Source: Leptolyngbyaceae cyanobacterium (GTDB lineage: Bacteria; Cyanobacteriota; Cyanobacteriia; Phormidesmidales; Phormidesmidaceae). Taken from it: a stretch of 48,000 nt of DNA. Of the stretch, positions 6,293 through 14,759 are shown piece after piece (the first letter of the stretch is position 1; each line of letters opens with the position of its first letter). The notes beneath the pieces are model-generated. The model saw only the letters and a list, made by a program, of their open reading frames with translations. It was not told the DNA's origin and did no database searches. The stretch spans positions 53,601 to 101,600 of the forward strand of contig JBHJIL010000054.1 in assembly GCA_050043465.1 (NCBI GenBank), in the 5' to 3' direction. The translations under genes and the position numbers were made by a program.

Positions 6293-9031
6293 TTAAACAG
6301 TCTCCTCGATAGCCATTAACAAAGCTTCTGCCTGCTCAGGCTCTAAAGCTGCGAGGGCCGCCACTAGGCTATCTAGCTCGAATGCTGGCTGAGCCACTAC
6401 CACTGCCTCTTGCACACCCTCCTGTTCCCGCAGGGCATCCTCAATCTCCCCGAGTTCAATGCGATGACCCCGAATTTTAACCTGGCGATCGCAACGCCCT
6501 AACCATTCCAACAGACCATCAGCCCGATAACGCGCCAAGTCTCCTGTCTTATAAAGGTAGGGTGAGCACTGCCCACCATCCTCCGGCACAATAAACACCG
6601 CTGCCGTCTTCTCCGGCTGATTCAAATACCCCCGCGTCACCCCATCTCCACCCACATAGATCTCACCAACAGCTCCAGTTGGAACCAGCTGTAGATCCTC
6701 ATTTAGCAAGTAAATCTGAGTATTCGGAATCGCTCTACCAATAGCAACAGGCCCAGGCCTCAGCTCCGTCGGAACTCGGTAAGCCGTACACCACACCGTT
6801 GTCTCCGTCGGTCCATACTCGTTATACAAATCCGTAGCAGGCAGTTTGGCATAGTGTTGCTGTGCCAAACTACGAGGACAAGCTTCCCCCGCAACAACAA
6901 CCGTCCGCAGTGTTGATAACTGCTGAAGATTAGTAGACTCTAGCAGCAACGAATACAGTGTAGGAACACACAGCGTATGGGTAACTTTCTGCTGAGCAAT
7001 CAGGCTAGCCAGCTGATGCAGATCCTGTTCAATCCGCTCAGGAGGCAACACCAATGTTCCACCCTGACACAGCGTCCAGAAAATTCCAGCCACAGAGCTA
7101 TCAAAGGCAATGGAAGAGAGCAACAAGAATCGGCCAACCGGTTCTGGATAAACCTGAAATCTCGCCATCGTAGAATGCACCAAATTACGATGGCTGACCA
7201 TCACCCCCTTAGGCTGTCCTGTGGAACCAGAGGTGTAAATAATGTAGGCCAGATCGTCCGGTTGAGCAGGAGATACAGAAGACTCTAGAGACGGCTCTTC
7301 TGCATACTTCTCATCTAAATAAACGAGAGGAACAGACATTTCAGGTAAATTGACCGATCGCTGCGTCAACAACAGCTTTGGATTAGTATCCTCTAAACAG
7401 TAACTAATCCGAGCTGCAGGATAGGCAGGATCGAGGGGAACATAGGCAGCGCCAGCCTTAAACACCGCCAGAATACTCACAATGCGCTCCAACGATGGAT
7501 TCAGACACAGAGCTACCCGTTCACCAGGAACAACGCCGTGCGATCGCAACACACCAGCCAACCGTTCAGCCCACTGATTTAGCTCGCCATAGGTCAGCGT
7601 TTGCCCTTGAAACACCACCGCCGGAGCATCGGGTGTCTTATCCACCTGAGCTTCAATCAGCTGGTGAATAGTGAGATCATGGGGATAATCGATGCTATCC
7701 CAGATAGTTAACTGCTGTTGTTCTGCCGCTGTCAGTCGAGGTAGGTCAGTTAGTTTTGCCTGGGGTTGCTCAACAAAGGCCGTTAGCAACAGTTCGAGGT
7801 GGGCATGCAGGCGAGTAATTGTCTCCGCTTCAAATCGCCCTGAGTCAGACAGTAATATTAACTCTAGAGACTCGCCCGGCACCACTAAGAGAGCTAAGGG
7901 ATAGTTACTCTGCTCCAGGTAGCGAATCTCGTGGGTCTCAAATCCTAGATCAGTCGCCACCGCTGTTGGATAGTTTTCAAACACCACAATGCTCTCAAAC
8001 AGAGGACTGCCCTTAGGCAAATCACTCCAGCGTTGGATATCGGTCAGGGCTGTGGACTCATACTGTCGCAGTTCCAGAAGCTGTCGCTGTCGGTCCTGCA
8101 GCCAATCCACCAGAGGTTGCTCAGAGGCTATGTCTACCCGTACAGGCAACGTATTAATAAACAATCCCACCATGGTTTCCACACCGCTGAGGTCCGCCGG
8201 GCGCCCTGAAACCACTGACCCATAGGTCACCTGATTTTGACTACTGTAGTGGTTTAGCAACAGCGCCCATGCCCCCTGAACCAAGGTGTTTAACGTTAGC
8301 TGATGCTTCTGACCCAAGGTTTTTAAGGCTGTGGTTAAAGAGGGAGAGAGAGATTTAGATTGTTGCTGATAGTGCCCGGAACTGCCAATTTGGGCAGCGG
8401 GCAGCGGGGTGGGTTCTGCAAAGCCTTTTAGTTGATTGCGCCAGAAGGATTCGGCGGTGCTGAGATTTTGTTCTTGCTGCCAGGCGATGTAGTCGCGGTA
8501 GGGACGTATGGGAGATAACTGAGGAACGATACCTTGCTGCAGCGCTCCATAGTAAGTGAGCATGTCTTGCCAGATCAGGGGCAGCGACCAGCCATCAAAT
8601 AATAGATGGTGAGAACTCCAAATGAATTGCCAGGTGTCTTTGCTGAGGTGGATCAGGGTGAGGCGGAGAATGGGGGCTTGATCAAGGTTAAAGCCTTGGT
8701 TGCGATCGCACCCCAAAAACTCCTCTAGTTTAACCTTCTGTTCACCCTCATCCAAGCCACGCCAGTCCAGTAACCGCCAGGGCAGCTCCACCTGTTGCCG
8801 CACTACCTGCAACGGCTCGTCTAAGCCATCCCACAAAAATGCCGTGCGTAGAACCAGATGCCGTGCCAGAGTCTTCTGCCATGCCTGCTGTAACAGTTCC
8901 GACTGCAGGCGACCGCTAAGCTTACAGGTATATTGGTTCACATAAACCCCAGCTTGGGTATCTGCCAGGGTATGAAACAACATACCCAGCTGTGTGGGCG
9001 AAAGCGTATAAATATCAGCAACGTTTTCCAT
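6293..9031 (-). CDS. NRPS C-A protein whose A domain ends just after motif A8 (no A9/A10, no T)
   Basis: The C domain has MENVADIYTLSPTQLGMLFH and SSHHLLFDGWS. A-domain motifs are LTYGELN, AGAAYVPLDP, YIIYTSGSTGQPKGV, FDSS, NEYGPTE, GEIYVGGDGVTRGY, YKTGDLARY and GRCDRQVKIRGHRIELGEIE. It then reads ...VQEAVVVAQPAFELDSLVAALAALEPEQAEALLMAIEETV-stop (TAA 6295..6293). Confidence 0.9.
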   Translation of the reverse strand: MENVADIYTLSPTQLGMLFHTLADTQAGVYVNQYTCKLSGRLQSELLQQAWQKTLARHLVLRTAFLWDGLDEPLQVVRQQVELPWRLLDWRGLDEGEQKVKLEEFLGCDRNQGFNLDQAPILRLTLIHLSKDTWQFIWSSHHLLFDGWSLPLIWQDMLTYYGALQQGIVPQLSPIRPYRDYIAWQQEQNLSTAESFWRNQLKGFAEPTPLPAAQIGSSGHYQQQSKSLSPSLTTALKTLGQKHQLTLNTLVQGAWALLLNHYSSQNQVTYGSVVSGRPADLSGVETMVGLFINTLPVRVDIASEQPLVDWLQDRQRQLLELRQYESTALTDIQRWSDLPKGSPLFESIVVFENYPTAVATDLGFETHEIRYLEQSNYPLALLVVPGESLELILLSDSGRFEAETITRLHAHLELLLTAFVEQPQAKLTDLPRLTAAEQQQLTIWDSIDYPHDLTIHQLIEAQVDKTPDAPAVVFQGQTLTYGELNQWAERLAGVLRSHGVVPGERVALCLNPSLERIVSILAVFKAGAAYVPLDPAYPAARISYCLEDTNPKLLLTQRSVNLPEMSVPLVYLDEKYAEEPSLESSVSPAQPDDLAYIIYTSGSTGQPKGVMVSHRNLVHSTMARFQVYPEPVGRFLLLSSIAFDSSVAGIFWTLCQGGTLVLPPERIEQDLHQLASLIAQQKVTHTLCVPTLYSLLLESTNLQQLSTLRTVVVAGEACPRSLAQQHYAKLPATDLYNEYGPTETTVWCTAYRVPTELRPGPVAIGRAIPNTQIYLLNEDLQLVPTGAVGEIYVGGDGVTRGYLNQPEKTAAVFIVPEDGGQCSPYLYKTGDLARYRADGLLEWLGRCDRQVKIRGHRIELGEIEDALREQEGVQEAVVVAQPAFELDSLVAALAALEPEQAEALLMAIEETV

Positions 9032-12000
9032 TAGCCCTTACCTCCCATGCGATCGGCTTTATTGAGCAAGGCCGCTAGCTTATCGAGTTTCTTGCTGTTG
9101 AGCTTGGCCAATGGAAAGTCTTCTACAGTTGTCTGATCGCCTGGTCCTTCTAGCAGGGTTTGCAGGTGTAGCATCATGCCATCGGCCAGTGCCTGCACCG
9201 TGGCCTCATCTAGACCGCTGTAGCTCCAGTCAATGTGGAGGTGGCCATTGCTGATAAAGGCACCGATTTCTAGGGGATGCGACCTTATCTGTAGCGGACT
9301 GCGCGACACTTGTAACGGCTGGGCAAACCGAAACATCGACGTAGGCGGCAATAGCTGTTCTAAAGTACCAAGATAGTTAAACAAAATCTCAGGCTGGCTG
9401 TGCTCGGCGATAGTCTCTCCTTTGAGATAGCGTAAAATACCATAGCCAATACCATTATTAGGAACCTGCTGCAGTGTGTGTTTTACTGCTCGCAAAGCCT
9501 CATTGGGAACAGTATCCACCTCAAATGTGACTGGAAAGAGAGAGGTAAACCACCCAACGGTGCGCACCAGCCGACGATTGGGCACCATCGCCTCTTCGCG
9601 TCCATGGCCCTCTAACGCCACCTGAACAGTGTGCTGTCCAGTATGCTGCTTGACCGCTAAGGCCAATGCCGTTAACAACAGTTCCTGGGGGCGGGCACGG
9701 GTTGCTTGCAAAAATGTCTGGGTTAACTCGTAACTCAGCTGTCGAGAAAGTGTGGACGCACTGGCCTCAGTTTGAGCTTCAACACCAAATTGCACTAAAG
9801 CCTTAGCCTGAGACCGCCAGTAGTCAATTTCTGACTGAGAAAGCGATACCTCATTAAGGCCGTCAGCCCATGCCTTAAACGAACTGGTTTTGAGGGGTAA
9901 GGAAAGGGACTCTTGCTGACTTAGTTGTTGATACGCCGTTTCCAAATCTTGAATCAGCGTTAGCCAGGAAAGTGCATCCACGACTAAATGATGAATCACC
10001 AAACCTAGCTGCTGCCGATCGCCCAAATTAAACAAGGCTGCCCTAACCAAATCTCCTGTTGCCAGGTCAAGCTGGGTTTGCAAACCGGCAATAGTGTCAG
10101 TAATTATTTGCTGTGACCGAGCGGACGCATCCACCTGCACCAAGGTGACATTAGTAATAGGGGCACCATAGTACTGTTGCCAGCCGGTCTTTGTTTGGGT
10201 ATAGGTCAGGCGCAAACTATCGTGATGGTTTACCAGAGCAATTAAAGCAGCTTGTAAAACTGAAGGTGTCAATGTCTCGGCCACATCTAACACCACCGTC
10301 TGGGTAAACTGTTCTGGCTGTGGTGAGCGCTGTTCGAAAAATGCTTGTTGAATCGGGGTGAGGGGGACTGTACCGGTCAAATCTTCTGGCGCTAATTCCA
10401 CATCGGGTGCCACCACCACCGACAGCTGTGCCAGGGTAGGATGCTGAAAAATCTGGTTGGGGGACAGGTTAAAGCCAGTCTCCGATATGCGAGCCGCAAT
10501 CTGGATGGCCATAATCGAGTCGCCGCCCAGCTCATAGAAGTTGTCGTGAATGCCGATGCGGTCCACCTTAAGCACCTGCTGCCACAGCTTCGCCAAGGTT
10601 TTCTCCACAGCCGTTTGGGGAGCAACAAAGGCAGACTGCAGTTCTGGACGAGTCTCTTGGGGATCGGGCAGAGCAGCAAAATCAACTTTGCCGTTGGCGG
10701 TCAGCGGCATCTGCTCCAGCTGCATAAAATAGGCGGGCACTAGATTGCCGGGCAGTCGCTGAGTTAGAAAGGTTCTCAAATCCGTTAGCGAGACAGTTCC
10801 GACATAGTAGGCTGCCAGCTGGGCTTTGTTAATTTGCTGGTCCTCGTAGCCAATTTCGCGCAAAATTCTCTCCACCTCAGCCACATCAATCTCATCATTG
10901 AGTTCATCAATGGCAGCTTCTGGGGTTTTATGGCCCATGCGCACATCCCAGCTGTAGGGTAAGGCATAGTTGTGGTAACCCCGCTTTTTGGTGTGCAGGT
11001 GAATACCGACATTGTTGATCAAGCAGTTGGTGGAACGGCCCGTATCCGATGGGCGAATCCAGGGCACCTGCTCCGTCAGAAAGCTGAGCATCTCCGCCAG
11101 CTCTACATCGCAATAGCGATAAAAATCCAGAATTTCGACTTTTTCAAAAATGTCGTCAGTTTTAAAGATATCCACATCCATCAGTCGCGACACAGCATCA
11201 TCAGCGCGGTGATAGGCTTTACGGGCATCTAAAATGGTCTCGTCAATCTTGTTAACGTCAAACTCATCTTGACCAAACAACTCAGTAAACCATTCTTCCG
11301 TCAGGCGGGTTTCAAAAAACTGGCCCCGTGAAAGACCGGTGACAATGCAGGGAATCCCCATCCCATAGGCCAGCTGCATACTCAAGGTGTAGATTGTCTT
11401 AAAGCAGCCGTTGCACACATTACAGTGGCGATTCAAACTGTCGACAAAAATGTCGTTCATCGCCGGGGTAGTGCCAAACTGATGATCCACACCCAGGGTG
11501 CTGACCACACGACGAATGTTGTCCTTCGCTTCTTCCGAGATGTAGCCGTTATCCAGGGTAAAGGCAATCACTTTAAAGCCCATGGGCACCAGCTGGGCCA
11601 GGGCATAGGTACTGTCCTTACCACCGCTAAGCAGCATCATGCAGTCATAGTCACCCTGCTTACGCTGTCGGGCGTTGTCTAAACGAGACTTGAATTCGTC
11701 GATGGATTTGAAATATTGTTCGGTGCGATCGCAATAGGTCTCATAGGTCTGACAAATATCGCACACCCCATCGTGGTCAAAGGTGATGCCAGGGTAGTTG
11801 GAGGCGATCCCGCAACGAGTACAGTAAGTAACCGGGCCGGTCTGTGGGGGAGCCGTCGCCTGAATTAGATTGACAGCGCTGGCACTTACCTCAGGATGAG
11901 CTACCAGCGCCGCTTCAATTTCTCCTAGCTCAATGCGAGTCCCGTGGATTTTCACCTGTCGGTCTCCGCGACCCAGATAGGTGAGCTGACCGTTTTCCTG

Positions 12001-14517
12001 CCAGCGACCCAAATCGCCTGTGCGATAGAGCCTTTGATCACCGCGATAAACAAATCGTTCTGCCGTTAGCTCCGGGCGGTTGAGATAGCCCCGCGCTAGC
12101 CCCGGACCACCAATAAAAATTTCACCCACCGATCCTTGAGGCACCAGGTTGAGATGCTCATCCAAGAGATAAATCTCGGCCCCTGCCGCTGGTTGACCAA
12201 TGGAAACAGACGTAGGGGCATCAGGCTCAAGTTTAAATCGGTGAATCATGCAGCCAACGGTGGCTTCCGTGGGACCATATTCGTTATAAATTTCAATGGG
12301 ATGGTCGCTGGCATTTGCGATCGCACCCGCCAATGATGTCTTTAGATCTTCCCCACCTAAAATCAGGGTTTTCACCCGAGAACCCAGGGCCATTCCCTGT
12401 ACCAGGGCCAGGTGAGAGGGGGTCAGCTTAATCACATCCACTACATTTTCTTCAAAAATGCGCTGTAGTGAGAGATCGATTGCTCCACTTTCTTCTGGAT
12501 AGATAACAACCTGTCCACCAGACAGAAGCGGCACATAGATAGAGGTGACCGTGAGATCAAAGGTAAACGGAGAGAACAGAGGAAAAGCTAGCGTTCTACC
12601 TCGCACATAGTGATGAATGGCCCAATGCACATAGTTTGCTAAACTCCGATGTTCGACCTCCACACCTTTTGGCTGACCAGTGGACCCCGATGTATAGAGC
12701 ACGTAGGCCAGCTGATTGATGGTCGACGGAGCATCTGGATTGCTATCTGACTGCGCGGTTAAATCTAGCCGATCAAGCAGCACAATCTTAGTCGCACCCT
12801 TCAAACAGTCGGCGACCGCTGAATGGGTCAACACCCAACGGGTCTGGGTATCGTTCACAATGTGGGCAATGCGCTCCCCAGGATGACTGGGATCAATGGG
12901 CACGTAGGCCCCACCTGCCTTGAGCACCCCCCAAATCGCCACTAACATCTCAATAGAACGGCGTAGACAGATGCCGACAGGGGTTTCAGTCGTTACCCCC
13001 TGCTGGCGGAGATAGTGGGCCAGTTGATTTGCCTTAGCGTTAAGTTGCCGATAGGTGAGGGTTTCGCTTTTGCATACGATCGCAACAGCGCTCGGTGTCC
13101 GCTGCACCTGGACCTCAAACTGTTGTACGACAGTCTCACTAACGACGAAATTGGCATTAGCTTCTTCACCCTGCGCCAACGCCATCAAGTGAGAACGCTC
13201 TGCTTCCGGAATAATATCCACCGTCGCAATCGGCTGGTCAAGATCGGCTAATACCGCATCCACCAGGGCTAAAAAATGCCCCGGAGCCCGTTCCTGTAGC
13301 TCTGGCTCAAACAGATCACAGTTAAAATCAAAATGTAGCTGTAGGCTACCTCGATCATCAAAGTCATGCACCTGCAGTCGCAAATGGTGACGCGGATCGC
13401 CCGCCCCAGGATGAATCCATTCTGAATGGACAGCATGACCATTAAAGCCTGACAGTTTAGCGTGGATAAAATTTAAGACCACATTGACATCACGGCTAGG
13501 GGCAAACTGGCTTGCACCGGGTTGGGCGTAGCGCAACAGACTCCCGCTGGCCTGATTTACTTTATGCAACAGCGAAGTAAATGTTTCTCCCAATTCAATG
13601 TCCACCTGCAATGGAAACAGTTCGATAAAGACACCAATTGTTTCCTTTAAAATCGCTGTAGGGCGACCATGGGCCGGGGTGGTGAATGCCACTTGATGGC
13701 GACCGCTAATGCGATGGAGGTAAACCAACAGAATACCGGCCACCAAGTTAAATAGAGACAGCTGGGGTGTCAATGCCTGGGCTGCCGAGGTCGTTGCCAA
13801 CTGCTTCAGTGCGGCCGTTCTGGCTGGACCTAGCTCGCATGAAACGCGGCGAGTACGAGAAGAGACTTGATTGGCCGAGCGCTGGTAAAGCTCAACTGAG
13901 TTGGCCTGCTGTTGCTGCCAGTAGTTAATCGTCCGTGATGAGGGTGATGGTAACGAAATATCACTGTATGCGGGTAACGCCGGAGCATCTGACAACGTAC
14001 CGGCAATCGAACGCTGATAGAAGTCTCCCAGAATCTGATAAATTAGCTGAACCGACTGAATATCCGTAATCAGATGGTGCTGATTTATATACCAGGCATA
14101 GCAGTCGGCACTTAGACGAATCAGGGCAGTGTCAAAAAGTCTTTCGGATAAATTAAACAGGGTTTGGCTACGATTCTCTGCCCAAGACCTGGCCGCTGAT
14201 GAGGGATTCTCTTGATCGCTAAAATCGAGTATTGGTACCTCACAGTCCATGGCACGCAATATCCGCCGCTGGGGCACACCGTCCACTTCTTCAATCACCA
14301 TGCGTAGCGTATCACTACGCTTCACCAAAATCTGAAATGCTGCCTGAAAATGGACAGGCTCAATCTCACCCGATAGCGTGAACAAAAACGCCATATTGTA
14401 CAGTGGCGAGTCCGATGCCAGCTTTTGCCCTAGCCATAACAGGTGCTGTGCCGTGGTCAGATTAGACTGGGCCGCTAAATTGTCAGGAGATTGAGTTGGC
14501 GATGCAGCAACGGTCAT
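9031..14517 (-). CDS. NRPS C-A(interrupted by PP-loop domain)-T-E, 1828 aa
   Basis: The C domain carries HHLITD (nt 14079..14062). A-domain motifs are LTYRQLN, AGGAYVPIDP, YVLYTSGSTGQPKGV, FDLT, NEYGPTE, GEIFIGGPGLARGY, YRTGDLGRW, GRGDRQVKIHGTRIELGEIE, then (after the insert) LVPAYFM and NGKVD. The T domain is DNFYELGGDSIMAIQI (nt ~10500-10526). E-domain motifs are PLTPIQQAFFE, HHLVVDALSW, EGHGRE and TVGWFT. Its stop overlaps the next start (TAATG at 9029-9033). Confidence 0.9.
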   Translation of the reverse strand: MTVAASPTQSPDNLAAQSNLTTAQHLLWLGQKLASDSPLYNMAFLFTLSGEIEPVHFQAAFQILVKRSDTLRMVIEEVDGVPQRRILRAMDCEVPILDFSDQENPSSAARSWAENRSQTLFNLSERLFDTALIRLSADCYAWYINQHHLITDIQSVQLIYQILGDFYQRSIAGTLSDAPALPAYSDISLPSPSSRTINYWQQQQANSVELYQRSANQVSSRTRRVSCELGPARTAALKQLATTSAAQALTPQLSLFNLVAGILLVYLHRISGRHQVAFTTPAHGRPTAILKETIGVFIELFPLQVDIELGETFTSLLHKVNQASGSLLRYAQPGASQFAPSRDVNVVLNFIHAKLSGFNGHAVHSEWIHPGAGDPRHHLRLQVHDFDDRGSLQLHFDFNCDLFEPELQERAPGHFLALVDAVLADLDQPIATVDIIPEAERSHLMALAQGEEANANFVVSETVVQQFEVQVQRTPSAVAIVCKSETLTYRQLNAKANQLAHYLRQQGVTTETPVGICLRRSIEMLVAIWGVLKAGGAYVPIDPSHPGERIAHIVNDTQTRWVLTHSAVADCLKGATKIVLLDRLDLTAQSDSNPDAPSTINQLAYVLYTSGSTGQPKGVEVEHRSLANYVHWAIHHYVRGRTLAFPLFSPFTFDLTVTSIYVPLLSGGQVVIYPEESGAIDLSLQRIFEENVVDVIKLTPSHLALVQGMALGSRVKTLILGGEDLKTSLAGAIANASDHPIEIYNEYGPTEATVGCMIHRFKLEPDAPTSVSIGQPAAGAEIYLLDEHLNLVPQGSVGEIFIGGPGLARGYLNRPELTAERFVYRGDQRLYRTGDLGRWQENGQLTYLGRGDRQVKIHGTRIELGEIEAALVAHPEVSASAVNLIQATAPPQTGPVTYCTRCGIASNYPGITFDHDGVCDICQTYETYCDRTEQYFKSIDEFKSRLDNARQRKQGDYDCMMLLSGGKDSTYALAQLVPMGFKVIAFTLDNGYISEEAKDNIRRVVSTLGVDHQFGTTPAMNDIFVDSLNRHCNVCNGCFKTIYTLSMQLAYGMGIPCIVTGLSRGQFFETRLTEEWFTELFGQDEFDVNKIDETILDARKAYHRADDAVSRLMDVDIFKTDDIFEKVEILDFYRYCDVELAEMLSFLTEQVPWIRPSDTGRSTNCLINNVGIHLHTKKRGYHNYALPYSWDVRMGHKTPEAAIDELNDEIDVAEVERILREIGYEDQQINKAQLAAYYVGTVSLTDLRTFLTQRLPGNLVPAYFMQLEQMPLTANGKVDFAALPDPQETRPELQSAFVAPQTAVEKTLAKLWQQVLKVDRIGIHDNFYELGGDSIMAIQIAARISETGFNLSPNQIFQHPTLAQLSVVVAPDVELAPEDLTGTVPLTPIQQAFFEQRSPQPEQFTQTVVLDVAETLTPSVLQAALIALVNHHDSLRLTYTQTKTGWQQYYGAPITNVTLVQVDASARSQQIITDTIAGLQTQLDLATGDLVRAALFNLGDRQQLGLVIHHLVVDALSWLTLIQDLETAYQQLSQQESLSLPLKTSSFKAWADGLNEVSLSQSEIDYWRSQAKALVQFGVEAQTEASASTLSRQLSYELTQTFLQATRARPQELLLTALALAVKQHTGQHTVQVALEGHGREEAMVPNRRLVRTVGWFTSLFPVTFEVDTVPNEALRAVKHTLQQVPNNGIGYGILRYLKGETIAEHSQPEILFNYLGTLEQLLPPTSMFRFAQPLQVSRSPLQIRSHPLEIGAFISNGHLHIDWSYSGLDEATVQALADGMMLHLQTLLEGPGDQTTVEDFPLAKLNSKKLDKLAALLNKADRMGGKG
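10822..11870 (-). other. Embedded Cys-ribbon + PP-loop (adenine-nucleotide alpha-hydrolase) domain inside the A domain, between A8 and A9
   Basis: Motifs in order are CTRCGIASNYPGITFDHDGVCDIC, YDCMMLLSGGKDSTYALAQL (SGGKDS at nt 11628..11611), FTLDNGYISEEAKDNIRRVVSTLGVDH, CNVCNGC and IVTGLSRGQ. The block is flanked by ...VSASAVNLIQ (after A8) and AQLAAYYVG (before A9). Confidence 0.7.
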
Positions 14518-14519
14518 GA

Positions 14520-14759
14520 TTACAGGCTCCGCTTAGCAAGATAGGCATCAATGGCCTTGATGGTTCTAAAGTTGGTGATGGTGATATCCGACTGGGGTAC
14601 ATCACAGCCAAATTTGTCTTCCACAAAGGCAACCAGCTGCATTACCCCCATGGAGTCGAGAATCTCTTCACCGAGAAGATCGTCGTCAACGTCCACCTGC
14701 ATCCGACCATTGAGCAGGGTTTGGCTAATGTACTGTTTTAAAATTTCTGGGGTGTCCAT
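14520..14759 (-). CDS. Stand-alone acyl/peptidyl carrier protein
   Basis: The protein is 79 aa with LGEEILDSMGVMQLVAFVEDKF (DSxG phosphopantetheine-site-like Ser). Its stop lies 2 nt before the NRPS start at 14517. It overlaps the upstream adenylase gene by 22 nt. Confidence 0.8.
   Translation of the reverse strand: MDTPEILKQYISQTLLNGRMQVDVDDDLLGEEILDSMGVMQLVAFVEDKFGCDVPQSDITITNFRTIKAIDAYLAKRSL

Noticed and set aside
4062-6293. Intein or trans-splicing as an explanation for the split A domain.
   Set aside because: No intein hallmarks are present. The C-terminal half has no Cys/Ser/Thr +1 residue preceded by His-Asn, and the N-terminal half ends in a normal stop after a helical tail. The intervening genes are ordinary MT and GT enzymes with their own starts.
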